64,000 bases of DNA from Nannocystis sp. (GTDB lineage Bacteria; Myxococcota_A; Polyangia; Nannocystales; Nannocystaceae), in contig NZ_JADJNN010000008.1 of the NCBI RefSeq assembly GCF_016714285.1, positions 196,669 through 260,668 of the forward strand, in the 5' to 3' direction. The position numbers and the translations under genes were made by a program. Under the pieces are notes generated by a model that made no database searches, was not told the DNA's origin, and was given only the letters and a program-made list of their open reading frames with translations. This document shows positions 30,789 to 40,923 of the stretch, piece after piece. The number at the start of each line of letters is the position of its first letter. Position 1 is the first letter of the stretch.

Positions 30789-33200
30789 GTGCCCGCTCGC
30801 GTGCGGTTCGATGTGCCGGTGGTCTTCGACTCGGGGACCAAGCGCTTCGATCGCAAGACGCTGGATCAGGCGATCCAGATGATCTCGATCGCGCCGGAGG
30901 GCTGGTACCTGGTCGTCAAGAACCCGGCGTCGGACAAGAGCCACCCGCGGACCGGGGCGCTCAACAACCTGCCGAACCTCGACACCGGCCGCAAGGTGAA
31001 CATCCCGGGGCCGGTGTCCTTCGCGCTGTGGCCGGGCCAGATGGTGCGCGTGCTGCAGGGCCACCACCTGCGCTCGAACCAGTACCTGCTGGTCCGCGTG
31101 TACGACGAGGAGGCGGCCAAGACCAACTGGAAGAACGCGGTGATCAAGCCGCAGAAGACCGGCGAGGGCGAGCCGGAGGGGGAGGGGATCAAGCACCTCG
31201 AGGCGCTGCCGGACCTGACCATGGGCAACCTGCTGGTCATCCGCGGCACCGAGGTGTCGTTCTACATCCCGCCGACCGGCGTCGAGGTGGTGCCCGACGT
31301 CGACGGCAACTACGTGCGCGAGGCGGTCACGCTCGAGCGCCTCGAGTACTGCATCCTGCTCGACGAGAACGGCTCCAAGCGCTTCATCGTCGGGCCCGAC
31401 GTGGTGTTCCCCAAGCCGACCGAGGTGATCGTGCGGATGCGGGGCTCGCGGAAGTTCCGGGCGATCGAGCTGAACGAGAACTCGGGCCTGTACCTCAAGG
31501 TCATCGCGCCCTACGAGGAGAACGGCGTCGCCTACAAGGTCGGCGACGAGATCTTCCTGACCGGCCGCGACACGATGATCTACTTCCCGCGCACGGAGCA
31601 CGCGATCGTCAAGTACGGCGATCAGGAGAAGCACCACGCGGTCGCGATCCCGGCCGGCGAGGCGCGCTACGTGCTCGACCGCATGAACGGCAAGATCAGC
31701 CTGGTGCGCGGCCCGGCGATGTTCCTGCCCGACCCGCGGCGCGAGGTGATCGTGCGCCGCGTGCTCGACCCGAAGACGGTCGCGCTGTGGTTCCCCGGCA
31801 ACCGCGAGGCCTACGAGCACAACCGCCGCCTGGCGGCCCAGAGCGCGCCGCCGTTGACGGCCGACGCCGGGGCCTTGAGCGCGCCGGCGCCGGCCCAGGC
31901 CAAGGCCCCCGCGGGCGCGCCGGCGGCGGCCAAGGCCGCGTCCGGGGCGATCGCCACCCGCGAGACCCAGGCCCCGCCGCCGCCGCCCAACGAGTTCGCG
32001 GGCGACGACTTCAACCGCAACCAGAACTTCACCGGGCCGCGGACGATCGTGCTCGACACCCGCTTCGAGGGGGCCGTGGCGATCGACGTGTGGACCGGCT
32101 ACGCGGTGCTGGTGGTCAGCAAGACCGGCGAGCGCCAGGTCGTCAGCGGGCCGCACACCCGCCTGCTCGAGTACGACGAGAACCTGCAGGTGCTCGAGCT
32201 GTCGACCGGCACGCCGAAGTCGGACGCCAACCTCTACAAGACGGTGTACCTGCGCACGCTCAACAACAAGGTGACCGACGTCGTCGAGGCCGAGACCCTC
32301 GATCTCGTGCGCGTGCACCTGCAGCTGTCGTACCGGGTGAACTTCGAGGGCGACCCGGCGCGCTGGTTCGAGGTGGAGAACTACGTGAAGTTCCTGACCG
32401 ACCACCTGCGCTCGCTGATCCGCCACGCGGTGAAGCGCCACGGGATCGAGCACTTCTACGCCAACGCGGTGAGCGTGCTGCGGGACATCGTGCTCGGCAC
32501 CGTCGGCGAGGACAGCAAGCGCCCGGGTCGCCGCTTCGACGAGAACGGGATGCGCATCTACGACGTCGAGGTGCTCGAGGTGGCGATCGGCGACGAGACG
32601 ATCGCCGAGCTGCTGGTCCAGGCCCAGCACGCGGCGGTGCAGCAGACGCTGCAGCTGGCCGCCGAGCAGCGCCGCCTCGAGGCGACCCGGCAGAGCGAGT
32701 CGATCGGGCAGCAGATCGCGGAGCTGCAGTCGCAGACGCGGCAGAAGCAGAGCGGGCTCAAGACCCTCGAGGTCGAGCAGCTGCTGCGCCACCAGCTGGC
32801 CGAGCAGGCGGCGAAGATCGAGCTGCACGAGCGCCAGCAGACGGCGCTGCTGACCGAGCAGGAGCGGGTGGGGACGATCCACCAGGCCGAGCTGGCCCGC
32901 CGCAAGGCGGCGCAGGAGCTCGAGCTGTCCCTGGCGCAGCAGAAGCTCGAGCAGAAGCTGCGCGAGCTGGCGGCCGAGGTGAGCGCGGTGGCCGAGAAGG
33001 CCCACGCGGTCTCGCCGGACCTCATCGCGGCGCTGCAGGCCTTCGGCGACAAGGCCCTGGCCGGCAAGATGGCCGAGAGCATGGCCCCGCTGGCGATCCT
33101 CGGCGGCGAGAGCGTGTCGGAGGTGCTCAGCCGGCTGCTGCGCGGGACGCCGCTGGCCCGCCTGCTCGAGGCGAAGGCCGTCGAGGCGAGCAAGACCTGA
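30789..33200 (+). CDS. Major vault protein (MVP) homolog: N-terminal MVP repeats, SPFH-like shoulder, C-terminal coiled-coil cap-helix
   Basis: Recognisable similarity to eukaryotic MVP: repeat blocks (LEYCILLDENG ~ HNYCVILDPVG; GDEIFLTG..IYFP ~ GDEWLFEGPGTYIP), shoulder block TDVVEAETLDLVRVHLQLSYRVNFE ~ [25 protein letters not shown], then about 200 aa of Q/E/A-rich coiled coil. Confidence 0.8.
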   Translation: MPARVRFDVPVVFDSGTKRFDRKTLDQAIQMISIAPEGWYLVVKNPASDKSHPRTGALNNLPNLDTGRKVNIPGPVSFALWPGQMVRVLQGHHLRSNQYLLVRVYDEEAAKTNWKNAVIKPQKTGEGEPEGEGIKHLEALPDLTMGNLLVIRGTEVSFYIPPTGVEVVPDVDGNYVREAVTLERLEYCILLDENGSKRFIVGPDVVFPKPTEVIVRMRGSRKFRAIELNENSGLYLKVIAPYEENGVAYKVGDEIFLTGRDTMIYFPRTEHAIVKYGDQEKHHAVAIPAGEARYVLDRMNGKISLVRGPAMFLPDPRREVIVRRVLDPKTVALWFPGNREAYEHNRRLAAQSAPPLTADAGALSAPAPAQAKAPAGAPAAAKAASGAIATRETQAPPPPPNEFAGDDFNRNQNFTGPRTIVLDTRFEGAVAIDVWTGYAVLVVSKTGERQVVSGPHTRLLEYDENLQVLELSTGTPKSDANLYKTVYLRTLNNKVTDVVEAETLDLVRVHLQLSYRVNFEGDPARWFEVENYVKFLTDHLRSLIRHAVKRHGIEHFYANAVSVLRDIVLGTVGEDSKRPGRRFDENGMRIYDVEVLEVAIGDETIAELLVQAQHAAVQQTLQLAAEQRRLEATRQSESIGQQIAELQSQTRQKQSGLKTLEVEQLLRHQLAEQAAKIELHERQQTALLTEQERVGTIHQAELARRKAAQELELSLAQQKLEQKLRELAAEVSAVAEKAHAVSPDLIAALQAFGDKALAGKMAESMAPLAILGGESVSEVLSRLLRGTPLARLLEAKAVEASKT

Positions 33201-33210
33201 GCGCGACGGC

Positions 33211-33230
33211 GCGGACCGGAAGCGGTCCGC
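33211..33230. terminator. Hairpin (8-bp stem gcggaccg / cggtccgc, GAAG loop) 10 bp after the MVP stop; a second longer hairpin follows at about 33252..33291
   Basis: Perfect inverted repeats read from sequence. Confidence 0.5.
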
Positions 33231-33533
33231 GTACTCCGACACCGCGGTGGTGAAGAAACGGCGCGAACGACCTCGTCCGCGCCGTTGCTTCAGCGTCGCT
33301 TGCGATACCAGCGCGGCTCGGCGTGCACCGCGGTGCCGCCGGTCTGCATGCTCATCCCGGGCTAAGAGGGGTGCACAGCGGCCCCGCCGTCGAGCCGCCG
33401 CCAGGGCGGGCTGGCGCCCGGTTGCCGCGAGCTGCTCGGGGTGCGCCGATCGTGAGGTCACCGGGCGCGGGACCCAGGAGGCGACCTGCGAGGTCGAGCC
33501 CGGACGCGTCAGCACCTGGATCTCCCAGGCCTG

Positions 33534-34256
33534 CTAAACAGCTTGAGGAAGGCCGGGTTCTCCGAGGTCTGCAGGGCCCCGAGCCTGCCCTCGGGGCCCG
33601 GCCCGGGCGGCTGTACTGCCGACAGCAGCGCGCAGGGCCAGGGCACACGCCCGCCAGCTCGATCGCCGCCGGGATGGCTGCGTTGAGTGCGTTCCAGCGG
33701 ACGGAGGATCCGCTGAGGTTGGCACTCGGCCAGGTGGGGGGGACGCACGGGCATCGGACAGGCCGATGTAGCGGACCTTGCCCGCACGCACGAGGTCGGT
33801 CAGCGTGCCGATCACCTCCTCGACCGGCGTCAGCCCGTCCCATGCGTGCAGCCAGTACAGGTCGATGTAGTCGGTCTGCAGCCGGCGCAGCGAGCCCTCG
33901 AGCGCGCGGTAGATGTTCTTGCGCGCGTTGCCGCCGGCGTTCGGATCGCCGGGGCCCGGACTGAACGCGAACTTGGTCGCCAGCACCACGCGATCGCGGG
34001 TCCCGGTCTCCTTCAAATGGGTGCCGATGATCGTCTCGCTGCTGCCGTTGGTGTAGCCGTCGGCGGTGTCGACGAAGTTGCCGCCCGCCTCGAGATAGGC
34101 CGCGAGGATCGCCCGCGAGGTCGCCTCGGGCGCGCCCCAGCCCCACTCTGTCCCGAAGGTCATGGTCCCCAGGCACAGCGGGCTGACCCGCAGTCCGGTG
34201 CGTCCGAGGAGGCTGTAGTCGGCGAGGCTGGCGATCCTTGACGTCGGCTCGGTCAT
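33534..34256 (-). pseudogene. Aldo/keto reductase pseudogene (paralog of 21745..22794) with internal deletion/frameshift
   Basis: First about 165 aa align with the intact AKR up to ...VRYIGLSD, then the frame degenerates. A C-terminal AKR remnant (LNAAIPAAIELAG) lies in another frame. The central 100+ aa are missing. Confidence 0.6.
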
Positions 34257-34365
34257 GGTCGGTGGTTATGCACCCGGCGCGCCCCGGCGCGCCAGCCCTC
34301 GCGTCCGCGCGCAGCTTCGCTGTGTCCACAAGCCGCGGCCCCGCGGATACAATGCCGGGCTGGGC

Positions 34366-37300
34366 ATGCACGAGAACCCCTACGTCGGCCCGCGCGCCTT
34401 CGCGGCCGGGGAGCGGCTGTTCGGACGCGACCGCGAGCTCGCCGACCTCGTCGACCTCGTGATCGCCGAGCGCATCGTCCTGCTCTACGCCCCCTCGGGC
34501 GCGGGCAAGAGCTCCCTGCTGCACGCCGGCCTGATCCCGCGCCTGCGCGCCGAGGGCCTGGTGCCGCGGCCGGTCGCGCGGGTCGGGCTGCCGCCGCCGC
34601 TGACCTGCGCCGACCGCTTCACCCTCAGCGTGCTGCTCGGCCTCGAGGAGGATGTCCCAAAGGACAGGCAGACCCCGCTCGCCACGCTGGCCCAGCTGCG
34701 CCTGGTCGACTACCTCGATCGTCGACGCGAGGGCGACGAGCCCGAGGTCCTGATCCTCGATCAATTCGAGGAGCTGCTGACGATCGACCCCGGCGGGCGC
34801 GCGGCCAAGCTGGCCTTCATGCGCGAGCTCGGGGTCGCCCTGCGCCGCGCCGATCGCTACGCCGTGCTGGCGCTGCGCGAGGACTGGCTCGCCGCGCTCG
34901 ACCCCTACCGCGGCGCCATCCCGACCCGCCTGCGCACCAGCTACCGCCTCGATCTGCTCGGCCCGGCCGCCGCCCTCGCCGCGATCCAGGGCCCGGCCGC
35001 GGCCCGCGGGGTGCGCTTCGCCGAGTCGGCCGCCAGCAAGCTGATCGACGACCTGCGCCAGATCCGGGTCGAGACCCCCGACGGCGGCGTGCGCGTCGAG
35101 CCGGGCCCGAGCGTCGAGCCGGTGCAGCTGCAGGTCACCTGCCGCACGCTGTGGTCGCGGCTGTCCCCAGGGACAGCCGAGATCCTGCCCGCCGACCTCG
35201 CCGCGATCGGCGACGTCGACCACGCGCTCTCCGGCTTCTGCGACGACGTGCTCGCCGCCGTCGCCCGCGCCTGCGCCACCCCCGAGCGCCTGCTGCGGGC
35301 CTGGCTCGCCCGCCACCTCGTCACCGATCGCGGCCTGCGGACCCAGGTGCTGCGCGGCGCCGGGACCAGCGAGGGCCTCGACAACCGGGCCCTCGCGGCG
35401 CTGGTCGACGCCCACCTGGTCCGCGCCGACGAGCGCCGCGGCATGACCTGGTACGAGCTGGCCCACGACCGCCTGGTCGCGCCGCTGCTCGCCAGCAACG
35501 CTCGCCACGCCGAGGCCCACCTCGGGCCGCTCGAGCGCCAGGCTGAACTTTGGGACAGGCAGGCCCGACCCGAGTCGCTGCTGCTCGCCGAGCCCGCGCT
35601 GCTCGACCGCGCCGCCGCCGAGCCAGGCCCGCGTACGCCCGCCGAGCTGGCCTTCCTCGCCGCCTGCCAGCAGCTGCGCCGTCGTCGTCAACGCGAGCGC
35701 CGCAGCGTCCGCTTCATCGCCGGGCTCGCCGTGCTCGCCTGCGCTGGCCTGGTGGCAGCCAGCGTCGCCGCGGTCCGGGCCCGCCACAGCGCCGCCCGGG
35801 CCGAGGACATGCGCGGCAAGGCCGAGCGCGAGCGCAGCGAGGCGGACAGCGCCCGGGCCCAGGCCGAGGCCGCGCGCCAGCTCGCCCTCTCGCGCCAGCT
35901 CGCGGCCCAGGCCCAGACCCTCCCGCTCGTCGACTACGAGCTCGCGGCCCTGCTCGCGGTCGAGGCCAGCGCGCGCGCCCCGGCGGTCGAGGCGCGCGGC
36001 CCTCTGCTCGGCCTCGCCGCCCGCTGGCCGCGCTTTCGCGGTCTGCTCGACAGCGACAACGAGGGCGCCTACGGCCTCGCCGTCGACCCGCAGGACGGCG
36101 CCGCGTACGTCCACTTCGGCGCGCTCGGTCTGCGCAAGTACGGCCGTGGCCGCGTCGCCACGGCGCTGCAGCGCGACCCGGTCTCGGTCCTCGCATTCGC
36201 CGCTGCCGGGCCGCTGTTCGCCGCGCTCGGCAGCGAGTCCAACGTGGCCCTCCGCGCTCGCAAGGACGGCGCTGTTGTCCGCGAGATCGGGCGACCCTTC
36301 GCGCCCGCCGACACCGGCGTCGCCGCGGCCCTCTCGCCCGACGGCGCCACCCTCGTCGTCGGCAGCGATCGCGGTGAGCTCATCGCCTTCAAGGTCGCCG
36401 ACGGGCGCGAGCTGTGGCGGGTCGCCGGTCGCCCCGATCTGGGCGGCCTGGTCGTCACCGCCGACGCCGCCTTCGCCGTCGCCCGTACGGGCATCGTCCG
36501 CCACGACCTCGCCGACGGCCACGAGATCGCCGCCCTCGAGCTCCCGATCGCGAGAGTTGCGAGCTGGCCGGGGCGGGCCGTGTTCGCCGTCCTCCCGCCG
36601 TCCAGCGACCCCGCGGACGGCCTCCTCGGCCCGCCGCAGCTGGTCGACATGGACACCGCCAGCATCCACCGGCCCGTCGATCGCACGCCGGCCAACTACA
36701 CCGCGATCGCCCTCCATCCCACTGGCTTCGACATCGCCGCCAGCGTCTGTGAGGGTGAGTGTCGCAGCATCGAGCTGCTGGTCTGGGACGGCCGCAGCGC
36801 CGAGCTGCGGCTGCGCAGCTCGCTCGGCGCCGTGCGCCCCGAGGCGATCGTCTACGAGGCCAGCGGCGAGACCGTCATCGTCGCCGCCTTCGACCGCCTG
36901 CTCCGCCACGACGTCCGCCCGCCCGCGACCGTCGACCCGGACACCGCCGCGGCCGTCTTCCTCGCCGACGATCGCCTGATCACGGCGCACGCCACGGGCC
37001 TCTCGCGCTGGACCCTCGATCCCCTGCGTCGCGTCGACACCATCCCGTGGGAGCTCAACGCCGCCGACCTCCGCGTCACCCGCGATGGGCGGCGCGCCGT
37101 GATCGTCACGGGCGAGGGCCGGGCCGTCGCGTACGACCTCGAGACCCGCGCCCGCCAGTTCGACACGCCCGCGCCGATCGCTGTCACGCGCGCCGCGATC
37201 GGGGAGCTCGCCGACGGTCGCCTCGCCGTCGCCGGTCAGGACGATAGCAGCAACCAGATCGTCGCGTGGGACGCCAGCAGCGGCGCCGTCCTCGGCCGCC

Positions 37301-38038
37301 AGCGGCTCCCGGACGGCCCCTTCTCCGACGCCGGCATCTCGTGGCCCGAGTGGAGCAGCGACGGCCACATCCTCACCAGCACCTGCCTGCGCAGCACCTT
37401 TACCTGCGTCGAGTGGCGGCTGTGGCGATGGGACCCGACCCATCCCGATCGGCCGCCCGAGCAGCCCCCTCCCGGCCCTCGCGGGCCAGATCGACGACTT
37501 CGACACCAGCCCCGACGGCCGCGCCCTCGTCGTCAGCGCCGGCGGGACTCTGGTCCGCTGGAGCCTCCCGGAGCTCCGTCCGCTCGCCGTCCAGCGCAGC
37601 GACGCCGCCTGGGGCGGCAGCCTGGCCCACGGCAAGGACGGCAGCTTCATCGCCGCCGCGGGCCAGTGCGGCGACCGCCCCGACTGCCCCGGTTCCGGCC
37701 TGCAGCTGCTCGACGCCGTGACCCTGCAGCCGATCGGCGCCCCGCAGGTGATCCGCGACGGCCCCTTCTTCCGCGTCCTCGCGGCCGGCCGCGATCACGT
37801 GCTCACCCGCTCGGACCTCAGCGTCGAGCTGTGGGACCTCCGCCTCGCGCAGCTGCAGCGCAGCGCCTGTGAGCTCGCCGCCCGCGAGCTCGCGCCGGAC
37901 GAGTGGCAGCGCCACCTCGGCGACCTGCCGTACCGGCCGATCTGCAGCGAGCTGGCCGCGGCCCGGGGGGGGGGGGGGGGGGGGATCGGGACCGCCCGGC
38001 CCGGATCGTGTCCGGACCGCCCCGCGTCGGGCCCGTGA
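34366..38038 (+). CDS. nSTAND-type P-loop NTPase (NPYVGPRAF...GRDRE...APSGAGKSSL) + helical domain + TM helix + coiled coil + C-terminal beta-propeller; frameshift near 37440-37470
   Basis: N-terminal Walker A; Walker B (ILDQFEE); hydrophobic segment FIAGLAVLACAGLVAASVAAV; repeated beta-strand-rich C-terminal units. The last about 190 aa (ending ...EWQRHLGDLPYRPIC...) are in the +1 frame (ORF 37718..38038). Confidence 0.6.
37965..37984. repeat. Homopolymer run of about 20 G inside the C-terminus of the NTPase gene
   Basis: gcccgggggggggggggggggggggatcggg read directly; it would encode Gly6-7. Confidence 0.9.
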
Positions 38039-38088
38039 TCGTGCTCCGCGGTTGACCGCCCCGGGTCCGCCCCTGCTACCGTGCCCGC

Positions 38089-39750
38089 GTGACCGAGAGC
38101 GCCCCGCAGACCATCACGCCGCGCGCCCTGATCGCCGGCTTCATCCTGGCGATGCTGCTGTGCGGCATGAACTCGTACCTCACGCTCTCCTTCGGCGTCA
38201 TCGAGGAGGGCCCGACGATCGCCGCGCTGTTCTTCTTCGCGATCTTCTTCGTCTCGAAGCTCCCGATCACCGTCACCGAGATGGTCATCGTCTCGACGAT
38301 GGGCTCGGCCGGCGGAAGCCTCGGCTTCATCTCCAACTTCTTCGCCGCCAAGGCCATGACCGGCGAGCCCTACAGCCTGTTCGAGATGGCCGCCTTCTCG
38401 ATCGTCTCGAGCCTGGTGGGCCTGATCATGGTGATCCCGCTGCGCCAGCTCCTGATCCTCCGCGAGAACCTGCCGTGGCCCGGATCGAAGGCGGTCGCCG
38501 GCGTCATCCGCGCCCTCGTCGAGGAGGGCGACCCGCGCCAGCCGAAGATCCTGCTGGCCGCCGGCCTCGCGCTCATCGTCTGGGTCATCGGCAACAAGGA
38601 CGGCGGGTACGGCTTCTTCCCGGTCGAGACGGCGCTCGGCGGGCTCGCGGCCTACGGCGGCGCGATCGCCTGGTCGCCCTTCGCGATCGGCGGCTCCTAC
38701 CTCATGGGCCTGCGCACCTGCGTCGGCTTCCTGGTCGGCGCGATCGCCCTCATGGTCATGGCCCCGCACCTGCCCGAGCCCGAGGCCCCGCACCGCTACT
38801 TCTGGCCCGGCCTCGGCTTCCTCGTCGCCTCGGGCCTGGTCAGCATCGGCCTCAACTGGCGCAGCTTTGTCGGCGCGTTCCAGTCGATGCTCGCGCTCGG
38901 CGAGAAGACCGACGACGACGACCCCGTGATGTCCGGCCGCACCCTCGGCGTCCTCGCCGTCCTCGCCTTCGCCACCGCCACGGTCGTCCTCAACCAGCTG
39001 TTCGACCTCTCGATCATCCTCGTGTTCGTGCTCATCGCGATCGGCGGCCTGATCCAGAACATCATCGCCACGCGCGCCGCCGCCCAGACCGCCTTCAACC
39101 CCGCGCGCGTGATGGGCATCCTGCTGCAGGGCGTCACCTCGGCCTTCGGCGGCAAGAGCATCGCCATGAACCTCACCGGCGCCGGCTTCGTCGCCGGCTC
39201 GGGCGCCCAGGCTGGCCTGCTCACCGGCGACATGGCCTACGGCCGCTGGTTCAAGGTGCCCTCGCGCTACCAGTTCTGGGCCCAGTGCCTCACCGTGCTG
39301 CCCTGCTCGATCGTCGCCGCCTTCGTGTTCCAGCAGATCCACGCCGCCAAGCCGCTGGTCCTCCAGGGCGAGGGCCACCCCGCGCCGGTCGCCAAGATGT
39401 GGGCCGCCAGCGCCCAGATCTTCGACGGCTCGCGCCCGCTGCCCGACGGCGTGTGGGACGCCCTGCTCATCGGCGGCGCGGTCGGTGTCGCCTACACCCT
39501 GATCGAGTGCATCAAGCCGATCGAGCGCTGGCTGCCGCACTCGATCGGCATCGGCCTCGGCCTGGTGCTCGCGCCCTCGCTCGGCATCTCCTTCTTCCTC
39601 GGCGGCTTCGTGATGTGGGTCGTCCTCGGCGGCTGGCTCAAGTGGAAGGACGTCACCCTCACCACCATCGCCGTCGCCTCGATCGTCGCCGAGGGCATCG
39701 GCGGCGTGCTCAAGCCGCTGCTCACGCTGATGGGCGTGAACCCGCAGTGA
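38089..39750 (+). CDS. OPT-family oligopeptide transporter
   Basis: 553 aa, about 15 TM segments. Conserved OPT blocks (NSYLTLSFG, FFPVETALGG, LIQNIIA). Confidence 0.8.
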   Translation: MTESAPQTITPRALIAGFILAMLLCGMNSYLTLSFGVIEEGPTIAALFFFAIFFVSKLPITVTEMVIVSTMGSAGGSLGFISNFFAAKAMTGEPYSLFEMAAFSIVSSLVGLIMVIPLRQLLILRENLPWPGSKAVAGVIRALVEEGDPRQPKILLAAGLALIVWVIGNKDGGYGFFPVETALGGLAAYGGAIAWSPFAIGGSYLMGLRTCVGFLVGAIALMVMAPHLPEPEAPHRYFWPGLGFLVASGLVSIGLNWRSFVGAFQSMLALGEKTDDDDPVMSGRTLGVLAVLAFATATVVLNQLFDLSIILVFVLIAIGGLIQNIIATRAAAQTAFNPARVMGILLQGVTSAFGGKSIAMNLTGAGFVAGSGAQAGLLTGDMAYGRWFKVPSRYQFWAQCLTVLPCSIVAAFVFQQIHAAKPLVLQGEGHPAPVAKMWAASAQIFDGSRPLPDGVWDALLIGGAVGVAYTLIECIKPIERWLPHSIGIGLGLVLAPSLGISFFLGGFVMWVVLGGWLKWKDVTLTTIAVASIVAEGIGGVLKPLLTLMGVNPQ

Positions 39751-39759
39751 GGCGGTCGG

Positions 39760-39828
39760 CCTGTCCCTTCGGACAGGTGCAGGCGCTCGCAGGGCGGGCA
39801 CGCCCTGGGCCTGTCCGAAAGGACAGGC
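39760..39828. terminator. Two adjacent hairpins of the CCTGTCC-N4-GGACAGG family (cctgtcccttcggacagg; gcctgtccgaaaggacaggc) between convergent genes
   Basis: Perfect 7-8 bp stems with 4-nt loops, between the OPT stop (39750) and the FNR stop (39844). Confidence 0.65.
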
Positions 39829-39843
39829 ACGAGTCCCCGCGCC

Positions 39844-40800
39844 TCACAGCGCGCTACGAGTCGCCGAGTGGGCCGCGTGGAACGCCGCCTTGAGCCCGGC
39901 CACGCGCGGCGCGTCCTCGAGGTCGATCGGCGGGATGGTGTCGTAGGCCTCGTAGAAGATCGTCGGCTTCAGGTCATCGGCGATCTCGAGGGCGCGGCGG
40001 ATCTTGCGGTTGTCGGGCACGAAGCCGCGGGGCACCAGCGACTCGATGCACTGGCCGATCGTCCCCTGCAAGCCGCAGATCAGGATCTGCACCGCGCTCG
40101 GCAGGAAGCCCCCGCGCGGCAGCCCGAGCAGGTCCTCGAGGCCGTCGATGCGCCCGGGCCCGAAGAAGCTCTCGGCGCGGCCGCTGTGGCCGCGCCAGTT
40201 CGGGTCCTGCTGGGGTCGGCTGACGGTCGGCAGGTAGTGCAGGCCGTGGTTGCGGACCAGCGCCTCGAGCTCGTCGCGGTAGCCGAGGTCGGCGCTGTAG
40301 CTGGCGCCGTGGATGATCACGTAGTCGGCCAGCGAGCGCCGCGGGTCCTGGTTGACCTCGCTGCGCACCATCGACAGGAACGGCGCAAGTCCGGTGCCCG
40401 CGGCCACGCACACCTTGATCCTGCGGTCGTCGATGCCGACGGTGTCGGGCACCGTGAACTTGCCGGTCGGGTGCACGCGCACGTACATGCGGTCGCCGGC
40501 CTTGCGGGTCCACAGCAGGTGCGTGAAGGGGTTGTCCGACTCGGGCCGCTCGACGTAGCGGATGTAGAACTCGACCAGGTCGCGGCGCTCCGGCGCCGAC
40601 GCGATCGACATCGGGCGGCGCACCCCGCCGAGCTCGACCTTCACCTCGTTGTTGAGCCCGAGGACCATGTACTGTCCGGGCACGAACCACGAGCCGGTGC
40701 CCGGCAGGGCCTCGTCGGGACGGATGCGAAACACACCCAGCGCGGATGTGAGGTCCTCACGCTCCACCAGCGTCGCGTTGTATTCGAGCGGCTTGGCCAT
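39844..40800 (-). CDS. fpr: Ferredoxin/flavodoxin-NADP+ reductase (Fpr-type FNR)
   Basis: 318 aa from MAKPLEYNAT. FAD-binding RPMSIAS, NAD(P)-binding GTGLAPF, C-terminal aromatic residues. Upstream ORF extension rejected. Confidence 0.75.
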   Translation of the reverse strand: MAKPLEYNATLVEREDLTSALGVFRIRPDEALPGTGSWFVPGQYMVLGLNNEVKVELGGVRRPMSIASAPERRDLVEFYIRYVERPESDNPFTHLLWTRKAGDRMYVRVHPTGKFTVPDTVGIDDRRIKVCVAAGTGLAPFLSMVRSEVNQDPRRSLADYVIIHGASYSADLGYRDELEALVRNHGLHYLPTVSRPQQDPNWRGHSGRAESFFGPGRIDGLEDLLGLPRGGFLPSAVQILICGLQGTIGQCIESLVPRGFVPDNRKIRRALEIADDLKPTIFYEAYDTIPPIDLEDAPRVAGLKAAFHAAHSATRSAL

Positions 40801-40923
40801 AGGCGCCGCATCATGCACCAGGGGCGCGCTCGTCGCCAGGCCCGTGAGGCGGCCCAGAGAGCCACGAAACGAAGTTACTAATGGTGGCATCTGGCCCAGG
40901 ATCGGGTTGGCGCGGCGCTTGCT

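Noticed and set aside
33352-37650. 1432-aa minus-strand ORF
   Set aside because: Antisense shadow ORF of the plus-strand STAND NTPase gene (low-complexity Gly/Ala/Arg-rich translation); the plus-strand product has clear conserved motifs.
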